DNA of 64,000 bases from positions 16,419 to 80,418 of the forward strand of contig WHSU01000012.1 of NCBI GenBank assembly GCA_009379925.1, read 5' to 3'. The stretch is from Dehalococcoidia bacterium (lineage in GTDB: Bacteria > Chloroflexota > Dehalococcoidia > UBA2979). How positions within the stretch are numbered: the stretch's first letter is position 1; each line of letters starts with the position of its first letter. Of this stretch, positions 21,907-34,006 are shown piece after piece. A program made the translations under genes and the position numbers. The notes under the pieces were generated by a model. It was given only the letters and a program-made list of their open reading frames with translations, did not search any database and was not told the DNA's origin.

Positions 21907-22767
21907 TCAGCGGCCGAGGAGCGCCTGAAGGGTGGCGTCGTCGATGGCGTCCGCGGCCAGCGCGCCGGCGCGCTCGAACTTCGCCTCGCCCGCGAACGGG
22001 TCCCGTCCGAACTGCCCCTCGATGTCACGGACGGTCTCGACCGTCCCTTCGGGCGCGAGCGCCAGCGTCGTCTCGCTCGCGGCGGCCACGCGGTCGATGA
22101 TGTACGGGCTGGGTTCGCCGCCGCCGGTCAGGATGAGCAGGGGCGGGGCGGTGCTCATCGCCGCGAGGGCGATGTCGACGCGCTCGGCGCGGGTAACGAT
22201 GCAGGCTCGCGGGAAGCGGCGGAAGTAGGCCACGTCCGGATCGTGCGAGATTGCACCGACCACGATGTGGTCGCACGTGGCGTCGCGGGCGTCGTCGCCC
22301 CACGTCAGCACCTGGCTGCGCGACGCATCAATGAGCCGCCCCACCGTGGGGGCCGCGAGCGTGCGGTCCTCGACGAACTGGCGGGGGGCCTCACGGAGGG
22401 CGTGCGTGAGGAACAACATGCCGTCCGCGGCCTCCGCCGCCGCGGAGGTGTCGCCCTCGCGGGCCACGAGGACGAGCCGGGCGCCGAGCTGGTTCGCGAG
22501 CGCGGCGGCGCCCGCGCCGGCCGGCGCCTCGACGAGCGTGACCGCCCCCGAGGCATCTCGGATGGCGCCTGCCTCGACGGGCTCGCCGCTCGCATCGGCG
22601 ACCTCGAAGGTGGCGAAGGCGAGCGCGTCCGCGGCGGCACGGTCGTCGCCAGCGAGCCGCTCAAGACGGACGGTGTGCCCGGCATAGGCGAGACGGTGCG
22701 CCAGCGCGGCGGCGACCGTGGTCGCGCCCGCTTCCGGGTGGGTCCCGGCCACCAGCACTACGGCCAT
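21907..22767 (-). CDS. Standalone P-loop + DRTGG domain protein (phosphotransacetylase N-terminal-like)
   Basis: AGTHPEAGATTVAAALA nucleotide-binding-like N-terminus. DRTGG-like LILTGGGEPS. No PTA catalytic domain follows. Confidence 0.55.
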   Translation of the reverse strand: MAVVLVAGTHPEAGATTVAAALAHRLAYAGHTVRLERLAGDDRAAADALAFATFEVADASGEPVEAGAIRDASGAVTLVEAPAGAGAAALANQLGARLVLVAREGDTSAAAEAADGMLFLTHALREAPRQFVEDRTLAAPTVGRLIDASRSQVLTWGDDARDATCDHIVVGAISHDPDVAYFRRFPRACIVTRAERVDIALAAMSTAPPLLILTGGGEPSPYIIDRVAAASETTLALAPEGTVETVRDIEGQFGRDPFAGEAKFERAGALAADAIDDATLQALLGR

Positions 22768-22934
22768 CGGTTGCCCGCTCTCGAGGTTTCGTCGCGAGGG
22801 ATGCGCCGGACGCGCGGCCATTTGGCCGCACGGCTATCGCCGCGAGTCTAGGCAGGGGGATCGGTGTCCGCAACCGGATGGGCGGGACCCGCGGCCTGCG
22901 GAGGGGCGTCGAGCGATGTGCTGCCTCGACAGGT

Positions 22935-23888
22935 TCAGCGGCGAGCGGTGGCGCCGGCCGCGAACGTGAGCAGGAACGGCAGCGACAGAATCGGGGTCAT
23001 GATGCTCGAGATCAGCAGCCCATCGACCAGGCTGGTTGACTCGATCGCCTTGCCGGCGGCCGCAAGCGCGGCGAACCCGGCTCCCGCCGCTGAAGCGACG
23101 ACGAGGCCGTCGGAGATGTGAGGCCGAAGAGCCGGGACGAGGGCAGCGGGAGCGAAGAAGTTGGCGGCGAGCGCCGCGAAGTACAGCAGTCCAGCGCGAC
23201 AGAACGTCATGTCTTCCGAACCAACGATTAGTAGCAAGCAGAAGGCACCGACGATGATCGCGAACCCCGCAACCAGGCTCGAATCAGACGCGAGGGCCAA
23301 GTGGGTGAGGAATCGTCGCGACGCAGCGGGAGCCGAACGCCGAATACGGCTGGCCACCGCTGGCGCGGTCACAAGGCAGAACCCCAGCGCCACCGGCAGC
23401 ACGGCGGTGTTCCAGGCGCGCGAGCGGTTGAATGCTGCCAACCTCGCTCGGCTCGCCGCGCTGAGATGCTGACACTCCGGCTGACCGTGATCGAAGAGGG
23501 CGGAGGTGATGATGACCGTGCAACCCTCGTCGCGGAGTGGCACGACAGTCGGGTGCGCCCGGCTCAGGACCGTTCCTGACGAGTCCGTAAGGACGTAGTC
23601 GCCGACGGCCTGCGGTTCGGACAGCGGAGGGTAGACCGAGTCCGCGACGGTCACCTGCTCCCCTGGAGCAAGGAGGACGGACGCATGATCGACACCTGGC
23701 AGGGAGGCCTCTCCGCGCGGCACGACCCACGCGCCTCGGGGAAACGAGAGCTGCACCGGGACATCGGTGCCGTTCTCGAACACGAGTTCCACTACGCTCG
23801 AGCAACCGACTGCGCTCAGCGCGATGAGGCAGAGGGCGAGGATTGCCGCGCGCCGGCGACTTAGCGAGAGTATCAACCGACGATGCAT
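22935..23888 (-). CDS. Putative lipoprotein with C-terminal multi-TM region
   Basis: Start MHRRLIL (ATG at 23886-23888). Lipobox LSAVGC. About 150 aa soluble domain then 4 TM helices. Track ORF to 24053 overlaps the tRNA and is over-extended. Confidence 0.5.
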   Translation of the reverse strand: MHRRLILSLSRRRAAILALCLIALSAVGCSSVVELVFENGTDVPVQLSFPRGAWVVPRGEASLPGVDHASVLLAPGEQVTVADSVYPPLSEPQAVGDYVLTDSSGTVLSRAHPTVVPLRDEGCTVIITSALFDHGQPECQHLSAASRARLAAFNRSRAWNTAVLPVALGFCLVTAPAVASRIRRSAPAASRRFLTHLALASDSSLVAGFAIIVGAFCLLLIVGSEDMTFCRAGLLYFAALAANFFAPAALVPALRPHISDGLVVASAAGAGFAALAAAGKAIESTSLVDGLLISSIMTPILSLPFLLTFAAGATARR

Positions 23889-24017
23889 ACAGAGGGAACG
23901 CTGCACATGCGGACACGGGTTCACACCAGCGGCTGGTGCGCGATGTGGAGCGGCGTGCGCGCAGCCGCAGTGGAACGAAGAAGGCGGCCGCGTGGGCCGC
24001 CCTCGATGGTCAGGCGA

Positions 24018-24093
24018 TGGTGCCGAGGGCCAGGATTGAACTGGCGACACCACGATTTTCAGTCGTGTGCTCTACCAACTGAGCTACCTCGGC
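24018..24093 (-). tRNA. tRNA-Phe (GAA)
   Basis: Reverse complement gives GCCGAGGTAGCTCAGTTGGTAGAGCACACGACTGAAAATCGTGGTGTCGCCAGTTCAATCCTGGCCCTCGGCACCA. Full cloverleaf, anticodon GAA, encoded CCA. Confidence 0.92.
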
Positions 24094-24355
24094 ACGTGAA
24101 GGTGCGGGGGTGCTCGCCCGCCGCCCTCGAATGGTACGAGAGCACCCCTTCCGGGACAACACGTCGAGGCTGACGGCCGTCCAGCCCGGCCCTCGGGGGC
24201 GATGTGCATGCTCTGTGTATGATCTGGAGACTTTTGACCCATACCTCGGAGCGTCCGAGGTGTAGTGTGGGCTCGCCCAGCACCCCTCCCCCGGGAAGTA
24301 CCCGCGCGCGTGTTCGCCGTCCCGCTACCCACTGTCGAAGACCTGGCGAAGGAGC

Positions 24356-24967
24356 GTGCCGTGCGTGCGGGTTGCGGTGCTCGGACGCCTGCGCCTGGCG
24401 CCCGTGGCGCTCGTCGCGCCGCCCGCATGGGGCGAGGCGCCCGATGACGTTGCGAGCGGCGACAGCCTCCGCGCGAACGGCGCCGACATCGAGACCGGCG
24501 CGTTCTTGCTCCGCGCTGTGCCTGCGCGGGACGCGGGCGAGGCTCCGTCGGACGTCGATGGCGAGCCCGCTCCGGTAGGACCTACACCGCAGACACCGGT
24601 CGCGGACGCGGTCGCGGATGCACGGGACAGCACGTTGTGCGTCGCGACCCGGGCGGACGGCGAGCCGTGCCGCGCCCGGGCGGTGCCCGGCCGCGGCGTC
24701 TGCATCGGCCACGGCGAGTGGCGGCGCGCCTCGGGTGGTGCGAGGCGGCGAGGGAGCCGGGGCGACCGAGCGCTGGCGCCCGTACTGGACCAGCTCGAAC
24801 GGGCGCTCGCGGGGCTCGTGGAGGGCCGCCTGGATGCGCGGCAGGCGGCCGTGGCCGCGTCGATCGGCCGGCTGCTGCTCGCGGCGCACGGTTCGGAGCC
24901 GCTACAGCAGCGGTTGCAGGCGCTGGAGCACGCCCTGCCGGGCGTGGATAACCTGCCCGCGGACTGA
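24356..24967 (+). CDS. Hypothetical protein with Cys/His zinc-finger-like motif and C-terminal helical region
   Basis: Strong GC3 bias in this frame only. Motif CVATRADGEPCRARAVPGRGVCIGHG. Hairpin downstream. Confidence 0.4.
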   Translation: MPCVRVAVLGRLRLAPVALVAPPAWGEAPDDVASGDSLRANGADIETGAFLLRAVPARDAGEAPSDVDGEPAPVGPTPQTPVADAVADARDSTLCVATRADGEPCRARAVPGRGVCIGHGEWRRASGGARRRGSRGDRALAPVLDQLERALAGLVEGRLDARQAAVAASIGRLLLAAHGSEPLQQRLQALEHALPGVDNLPAD

Positions 24968-25198
24968 CATGCCCAGGACGGGCCGGCGTCGGAGCCTCTT
25001 ACGCTCTCGTCGGAACTTCATACGGGCCTCTTAGGCCCTGTCTCTGCGCGCTCACAGACCATCCCATTTGAGGGTCACACGCTCACCTCGTGGCCGCGTC
25101 GGGCCTCGCCGCGGCCGCCGAGGGGAGCACCGAAGGAGGCGATGGGACCGCCCAACAGGGGCGACTGTGCGCAGATTTTAAATTATCGGCACAGTTGC

Positions 25199-25227
25199 TT
25201 GACTTCTGAAGGGGCGGGACCTATTCA
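25199..25227 (+). promoter_or_regulatory. Candidate sigma-70-like promoter for the surface-protein/sortase operon
   Basis: TTGACT-17 bp-TATTCA in an unusually AT-rich stretch (gcagattttaaattatcgg), about 135 bp upstream of the GTG start. Confidence 0.35.
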
Positions 25228-25361
25228 GGTATGGGCACTCCTGTGACCGAATTCGCGCCCCTGCCGTCGCTTGCGAGCGATGAAGGGGGCTCTTTGGCCG
25301 CAAACGGATGTGGCGGGGCCAAGTGGCGCTCGGGAGACCAGGCGCTGACCGGGAGGACTGC

Positions 25362-26921
25362 GTGAGTATGTTGAGTGCAGGAAGCGCCCGCGGGCACCGC
25401 TTCCGGCGGGGGGGCGCCCTTCTGGGATCGCTCGCCGTCGCGGTAGCCATGCTCGCGCTGGCTATGGTGGCCGGTCAGGGCATCGGAGTGACCGAGGCGG
25501 CTACCCAGAATGAAGTGATCGATTTCGAAACCTCGGGTGGGAACGGCACGCTCATCAGCGGTGTCGCAACGTCCGGGGGGACAGTCGATATCACGAGCTC
25601 GCCTGCGAACCGGGCGATGATCTTCGAAGCGACGTGCGGCGGCGGCCCCGCTGCGAACTGCACAGGCGGCGACAGCGACCTGTACCAGCCGGGCCAGGGC
25701 AACGTGCTGGTTGTCTCCGACGGGAACGCGGCTGACCCCGGCGACATCACCCACGGTGGCTGGTTGCAGTTCGACTTTACGGGCGTGACCGGCGGCATGG
25801 TCGACGTCACCGAGATCACGGTGATCGACACCGAGACCGCCCCGACCGTGTATTTCCAGACTAGCGGTGGGGTGACAAGCGCCGGCCTACCCGTCACGGC
25901 TAACGGCGGCATCGACACCTGGCTCGTCGGTGAGCAAGACGTGCTTGGTATGCGCATTGTCTTCGGCGACTCCGGCGCGGTCGACGACATCAAGTTCTCG
26001 TACGACGACGGCTCGACGCCGACGCCGACACCCACGAGCACGCCGACGCCGACGCCCACGAGCACCTCGACGCCGCCGCCCCCACCGCCTCCGGGTGACC
26101 CGGCGATCCGGGTCATCAAGACGGTGGACAACACAGGTGGCGGGACGCTCACCCCGGCGGACTTTACGCTGCGCGTGCAGAACCAGACGTTCCCCGGCGA
26201 CGAGGACGGCACGGTCCGGGTGCTCAACCACGGCGCCTTCGAGGTGACCGAGGACGAGCACGCGGACTACACCGCGACCTTCAGCGGCGACTGCTCCGGC
26301 ACCGCCGACGACGACGATTTCTACACCTGCCGCGTGAACAACACTTACGACCCCGAGGTGACGCCGACGCCGACGCCCGAGGTGGCCGGGCTGACCATCG
26401 GCATCGACAACACGCGCATCACCCCCAGCCCCTCGCGGCCGGGTGAGCCGGTGAACTTCCGCATCGACGTCACGCTGACGGACGTGCCGGACGAGACGCT
26501 GGCCACGGTGTGGGTGCAGTTCGACCCGACGGAGCTGCGCTTCGAGGAGGCCCCCGAGGGCTGCGCGCTGATGGCGGTGGACCTCATCCGCTGCGACTTC
26601 GGCAACCGGAACGCGGACTTCGACTTCGTGGCCGAGTTCACGGGCCTGAAGGTGACCGACAGCGCGGAGACGAACGCCGCGCTGGGCGGTGACTTCGACG
26701 CCGACGGTACGATCGATGGGGAGGCCGGCCCGGCCTTCGCGGACGGCGTGATCATCGATGTCGAGGGGCTGCAGATCCCGCCGCTCGGTGACGGCAGCGT
26801 CACCTCGGCTACGGGTGGCGCCGATGTGCGCACGCTCGCCGTGGCGAGCGCCCTGCTGGCGGGCCTGGTGCTCGCCGCGCTGGGCGCCCGCAGTGTGGTG
26901 GCGCGGCGCTCGGAGGGCTAG
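25362..26921 (+). CDS. Secreted cell-surface protein with PT-rich linkers and DUF11/SpaA-like domains; possible sortase substrate
   Basis: Signal peptide (LLGSLAVAVAMLALAMVA). TPTPTPTSTPTPTPTSTSTPPPPPPP linker. Ig-like domains. C-terminal hydrophobic stretch plus RR tail (LAVASALLAGLVLAALGARSVVARRSEG). Confidence 0.8.
   Translation: MSMLSAGSARGHRFRRGGALLGSLAVAVAMLALAMVAGQGIGVTEAATQNEVIDFETSGGNGTLISGVATSGGTVDITSSPANRAMIFEATCGGGPAANCTGGDSDLYQPGQGNVLVVSDGNAADPGDITHGGWLQFDFTGVTGGMVDVTEITVIDTETAPTVYFQTSGGVTSAGLPVTANGGIDTWLVGEQDVLGMRIVFGDSGAVDDIKFSYDDGSTPTPTPTSTPTPTPTSTSTPPPPPPPGDPAIRVIKTVDNTGGGTLTPADFTLRVQNQTFPGDEDGTVRVLNHGAFEVTEDEHADYTATFSGDCSGTADDDDFYTCRVNNTYDPEVTPTPTPEVAGLTIGIDNTRITPSPSRPGEPVNFRIDVTLTDVPDETLATVWVQFDPTELRFEEAPEGCALMAVDLIRCDFGNRNADFDFVAEFTGLKVTDSAETNAALGGDFDADGTIDGEAGPAFADGVIIDVEGLQIPPLGDGSVTSATGGADVRTLAVASALLAGLVLAALGARSVVARRSEG
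26026..26073 (+). repeat. 2 x 24-bp tandem repeat encoding the TPTPTPTS linker
   Basis: acgccgacgccgacacccacgagc followed by acgccgacgccgacgcccacgagc (1 mismatch). Confidence 0.8.
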
Positions 26922-27217
26922 AGCCCGAGGCGGATGCCAACGCACGACTCAACGGACCGGCGCGGGTCACCCCGCGCCGGTCCTGTGTTTCCCACTACGG
27001 TCGAGCGGGCGAACTCATACGCGCGCCAGACGCGGCCACAACACCATTCCGGCCACCATTCGACTCGGCGACGCAGCCGTCGCCGGCAGTGTTCACGTCG
27101 AGGTCCCGTCGCGGCCGGAATGGCCTGGCGGGGCCTCGGCGCGCGTCCGCTTCCCGAGGCGCGCGGCCGGCCCTATCGTGTCCGCACGGATCCGGCCAGC
27201 GCAAGGATGCGACGCGG

Positions 27218-27916
27218 GTGCAGTTCTTCAGCGGGCGCACCGCGCTCCTCGGGTCCGGCGGGTTCCTGGTGGTCGCACTCGCCGCGGTGATGCTCCTGGG
27301 CAGCGGCACGGACGATGGCGGGCTGCGGGTGGACCAGCGGCCGCTACCGGCGGACGGCGTCCCAGAGTCCCTTGAGCGGCTCCGGGCCGGCGCACCACCC
27401 GGGACGCCCTCCCCTACACCAACGGCCCCCGCGGGTGGCAGCAACCTCGACGAAGCCGCACCTCCCTCGCAGGCGGTGATCGGACGCGTGCGCGTGGGGG
27501 CGCTCGGCATCGACGCCCCGCTCATCGAGGTCGGATTCGATGCGACGGGCGAACTCGATGTCCCGCGCGACGGCACGTCTGTCGGCTGGTACACGATCTC
27601 GGCGGCGCCGGGCGCGGCCGGAAACGTGCTGCTGGGCGGGCACTTCGACTGGGCGGGCGACCTGGCGGTCTTCTACCGCCTGAGCGCGCTCTCGGAGGGC
27701 GACCTGGTGGAGGTGGACGCCGGCGGCCAGTCGCACACCTACCGGGTCTCGGAGGCGGGTGACCTGCCCTTCGATGCGCCACTCTCGGACATCCTCGGCG
27801 TGCGCAGCGGCTCGCCGACGTTGACGCTGTTCACCTGCGGCGGCACGTTCGACGCGTCGCGAGGTGAGTACGACCGGCGCGTCGTTGTACGGGCTGTGGA
27901 GGTGGACGCGGGGTAG
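27218..27916 (+). CDS. Sortase (class E/F-like)
   Basis: N-terminal TM anchor. Catalytic TLFTCGG (TLxTC) motif. His in GGHFDWAG. Confidence 0.8.
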   Translation: MQFFSGRTALLGSGGFLVVALAAVMLLGSGTDDGGLRVDQRPLPADGVPESLERLRAGAPPGTPSPTPTAPAGGSNLDEAAPPSQAVIGRVRVGALGIDAPLIEVGFDATGELDVPRDGTSVGWYTISAAPGAAGNVLLGGHFDWAGDLAVFYRLSALSEGDLVEVDAGGQSHTYRVSEAGDLPFDAPLSDILGVRSGSPTLTLFTCGGTFDASRGEYDRRVVVRAVEVDAG

Positions 27917-27919
27917 GCG

Positions 27920-28690
27920 ATGGACGTCGGAGGATTACGGCCGGTCGAAGACCTGTCGGTCGCATCGTGGATCGCGCCCCGGCTCGGGCCGTTTGGCGGC
28001 TGGGTCGGTTCGATCTCGCCTCGGGGCTTCGAGGCCTACGCGCGCGTGCTGCATCCGGTCCCGCTCGACGGCGGCACGACGACATGGGCAGCGGTCTGCG
28101 CCGCGACCGGGAAGCAGCCGCACGCGCTGATGCAGTGGGACGCCATTGCAGGGGTGGTGCGGACGGCGCAGGAAGGTGTCGAGACACGACGCTCTCAGTG
28201 GGACGGAGGGGAGCCCAACACGGGGAATCTCGAGGCCGGGGCGCTGCACGCGCTCGTCGCGGAGCTGACTCGGCACACGGCGGCCGACATCGACTGCTTC
28301 TTCGCGCTCTGGAACGGCTACGGCTGGATCTACGGCAGCCCGATGGCCGTCCGCTCCGACGGGGCACCGGTCCCGCCGGGCCTGCCACAGGCGGTGCTCG
28401 AAGCCCCTCGGCTGCGGCATCCGAACCGCGAGTACCTCGTGTTCAGGGGGCCGCTGGACGCACTCACGACGAACGCAACATCGAAGTGGATGGGCCGCGC
28501 GCAGTCGCCGAACCTGGCATGGCCCGCAGACGAGTCGTGGTGCGTGGCCAGCGAGATCGACTTCGACTCGACGATCGTGGCCGGCAGCCCACACCTGGTG
28601 GACGCCGTGCTCGCCAGTCCAGACCTCGAAGCGTGGCCGGTCTCGCCGGACGACTCGCTCGCCTACGACGGGGACACCGTCAACCGCTAA
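27920..28690 (+). CDS. Hypothetical protein co-oriented 3 bp downstream of the sortase
   Basis: 256 aa, coding-like codon usage with somewhat lower GC3 than neighbours. No recognised domain. Confidence 0.5.
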   Translation: MDVGGLRPVEDLSVASWIAPRLGPFGGWVGSISPRGFEAYARVLHPVPLDGGTTTWAAVCAATGKQPHALMQWDAIAGVVRTAQEGVETRRSQWDGGEPNTGNLEAGALHALVAELTRHTAADIDCFFALWNGYGWIYGSPMAVRSDGAPVPPGLPQAVLEAPRLRHPNREYLVFRGPLDALTTNATSKWMGRAQSPNLAWPADESWCVASEIDFDSTIVAGSPHLVDAVLASPDLEAWPVSPDDSLAYDGDTVNR

Positions 28691-28708
28691 CGCCGTGGCG
28701 TAGCCTGT

Positions 28709-29380
28709 CTAGGCATCGAGTGCCCGCGCGAACTCGGCCGTGCGGCGCTCCAGCCCACCGTCCTCGGCGCCGATGTGGGCGGGTGGCTCGACAGCCTCGA
28801 AGCGGTCCTCGGACTCCAGCCAGCGGTACAGCACGCGGCCGCGTGGCCGGCCGCCTTCGACCGCATCCACCTCGAACAGCGTCTCGGCGACGCGCCGCGT
28901 CGGTGCGCGCCAGTCGCCGAGGCTGCGGATGTAGAGCACAAGGCCGATGCGCGCCGCCTGCTCGTCCGGGACGCGATTGCCGGCACAAATCACCTCGAAC
29001 GCCTCGTCCACGCCGGGGGCATGGAGGGCGGTCGCGAGCGAGAAGCCACGGTCAAGCGCACCGAAGACGCGTCGCACCGGGTCGCCCCACAGGTACTCCG
29101 CAAACGGGACATCGGCGATCTCGGCGAGCAGCAGGTAGCCGCCGTCCGCATCCTCCGGGATGCCGAGACCTGCGCCGGCTTCTCGGCTGAGTGGGTGGAC
29201 GGAGGTGCCCGAGGGCGCGTGTGCCAGCGTCGCCATCATCGTGGTGGTCTTGCCGGCGAGACGCGGGATCGCGACGAAGAGCAACGATCGGCGCTCGGCG
29301 GCGGCGGTCGCCAGGGTGGCCGCCATGCCAGGCGCAAGCGTGCGGTTCCGCACGAGGTCGAGCAGCCTTAACTCCGCCAT
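28709..29380 (-). CDS. Hypothetical P-loop protein with degenerate PilT/VirB11-like ATPase core
   Basis: FVAIPRLAGKTTTMMATLA (Walker A-like with GKTTT), YLLLAEIAD (Walker B position, compare ivGEiRD), LATALHAPGVDEAF (His-box-like). Start set at MAELR (ATG 29378-29380) because the longer ORF would overlap the divergent start of the next gene. Confidence 0.45.
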   Translation of the reverse strand: MAELRLLDLVRNRTLAPGMAATLATAAAERRSLLFVAIPRLAGKTTTMMATLAHAPSGTSVHPLSREAGAGLGIPEDADGGYLLLAEIADVPFAEYLWGDPVRRVFGALDRGFSLATALHAPGVDEAFEVICAGNRVPDEQAARIGLVLYIRSLGDWRAPTRRVAETLFEVDAVEGGRPRGRVLYRWLESEDRFEAVEPPAHIGAEDGGLERRTAEFARALDA

Positions 29381-29475
29381 AACATGACGATACGCCTCGA
29401 TGTCCTCCTGCTTCGACTGGCGCGCTCCTCGCCATCCGCTACGATCCAGGGTGAGCCAGTGGACGAGGCGGGACG

Positions 29476-29922
29476 ATGCCACACCAGTACGCAGCCAACG
29501 ACGCGCGCACCGGCCTCGAGGTGACGGTGACCGGGGACTTTCCCGACCACCCGGACGACCGCGTACGGATCGCGCGCACCTCGAACCTGTTCACGCGCCT
29601 GATGGCCACGATCCTGGCGACGGAGAACGAGACGGAGCGGCGGCACCGCTTCCGGGCGGTGGAGACGCAGCTGGAGGTGGCCGAGGCTCTGATCCGGGGC
29701 GACATGGCGGAGGTGCAGCGAGCCATCCGCTCCACGTTGCAGCAGATGGGGATCTCCGACGAGCAACTGCATGAGGTGGAGGGGCAGCTCCGTGAGCACC
29801 TGAAGCAGTTCGGTGGCGAGGAACTGGGACCCCTCGACGAGCTGTTCGGTGGAGACGAGCCAACCGAGGGTGAGCCACCACCCGAGGATGACCGGCCGCT
29901 GGACGACCGAGGTCTGCCCTAG
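29476..29922 (+). CDS. Hypothetical acidic protein
   Basis: 148 aa, strong GC3 bias, acidic C-terminus (GGDEPTEGEPPPEDD). Confidence 0.5.
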   Translation: MPHQYAANDARTGLEVTVTGDFPDHPDDRVRIARTSNLFTRLMATILATENETERRHRFRAVETQLEVAEALIRGDMAEVQRAIRSTLQQMGISDEQLHEVEGQLREHLKQFGGEELGPLDELFGGDEPTEGEPPPEDDRPLDDRGLP

Positions 29923-30095
29923 AATCGCGGTGCCCCGTTGCCCTCGACGGCGAGGGGTGACGGTTGAGACGCCTGCCGGGGAGGCGTAGAATAAGTGTTC
30001 GGGCGCGCTCAAGTGGCGCCACCATGCCGGGTAGCGCGTCCCGTCCACCGTGCCCGACCGGCTACTCTCCCCCCGAACCCTGCCGAGGTGATGGC

Positions 30096-33224
<3,129 letters not shown>

Positions 33225-33266
33225 GCCGTCACGGCGCCGTCGTCGTCTGGATCGGCGGGCTGTCGC

Positions 33267-33872
33267 TCAGGAGAGGACGATGGCGAGCACGACATCGTTG
33301 CCCGACTCGCGTGAGCGGTAACGGAGGTCGAGGGGCTCGCTGCCGGGCGGCAGGTCGTAGTAGAGCGACCCGCGTCCCGTCTCGCCCGGCTCGAGTGTGA
33401 CCGTCTGTTGGAGGCTGTCCGGGCAACCCTCGCACGGGCTGATCTCATGGCCGGTCCCGACGCTGTCGAGCAGCGCGAACTCGAACGCGCTCACGTTGAG
33501 GGGGCTGTCGCCCTCGTTGGTCAGGTCCACCTCGATGCGGGTGGACACGGTGCTCCCCGGGTCGAACTCGCCAGCAGCGAAATTGCCGTCCACTCCAGCG
33601 ATGCGCAGGCGCAGTCCGCCGACGGCCACCGAGCCCTCGGTCGTCGCTTCAGGCGTGGGCGTCGCTTCCGGGGCCACGACTGCTGCGGACGCGCCGGACG
33701 AGGCGCTCCCCTCGGCCTCCTCGGACTCGCGTTCGAGCTGGGCCGCCAGGAAGCCGATGCCAACGGCGAAGGCCGTGAAGAGGAGGAAGAGGCCAAAGAA
33801 CTGACGCCAGCGCAGCGGCCCGTCCACGCGCGCGCGCCGGCGCCGCTTCTTGCGTCCGAACGGGAGCTTCAT
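33267..33872 (-). CDS. Secreted DUF4352-like protein
   Basis: Start MKLPFGRKKRRRR then TM/signal region, beta-rich domain. Track ORF to 34172 is over-extended. Confidence 0.55.
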   Translation of the reverse strand: MKLPFGRKKRRRRARVDGPLRWRQFFGLFLLFTAFAVGIGFLAAQLERESEEAEGSASSGASAAVVAPEATPTPEATTEGSVAVGGLRLRIAGVDGNFAAGEFDPGSTVSTRIEVDLTNEGDSPLNVSAFEFALLDSVGTGHEISPCEGCPDSLQQTVTLEPGETGRGSLYYDLPPGSEPLDLRYRSRESGNDVVLAIVLS

Positions 33873-34006
33873 GCCTCGATGGTTGCGAGCGCCCGGCGTC
33901 CTGTCAACGCGGGGGGTCCCGGACGGTGGTCGGCGACGACGACGACGTGCCGTCAATGGGGGGCCGGCGGGGTCGCGCCCTACCGGTCGTGCGTTACGCT
34001 GCTGGT

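Noticed and set aside
22900-29950. Genomic island integrated at tRNA-Phe
   Set aside because: No integrase is present and no direct repeat of the tRNA 3' end was seen. The accessory-looking genes lie on the 5' side of the tRNA, whereas tRNA-targeting elements insert at the 3' end. No supportable island call.
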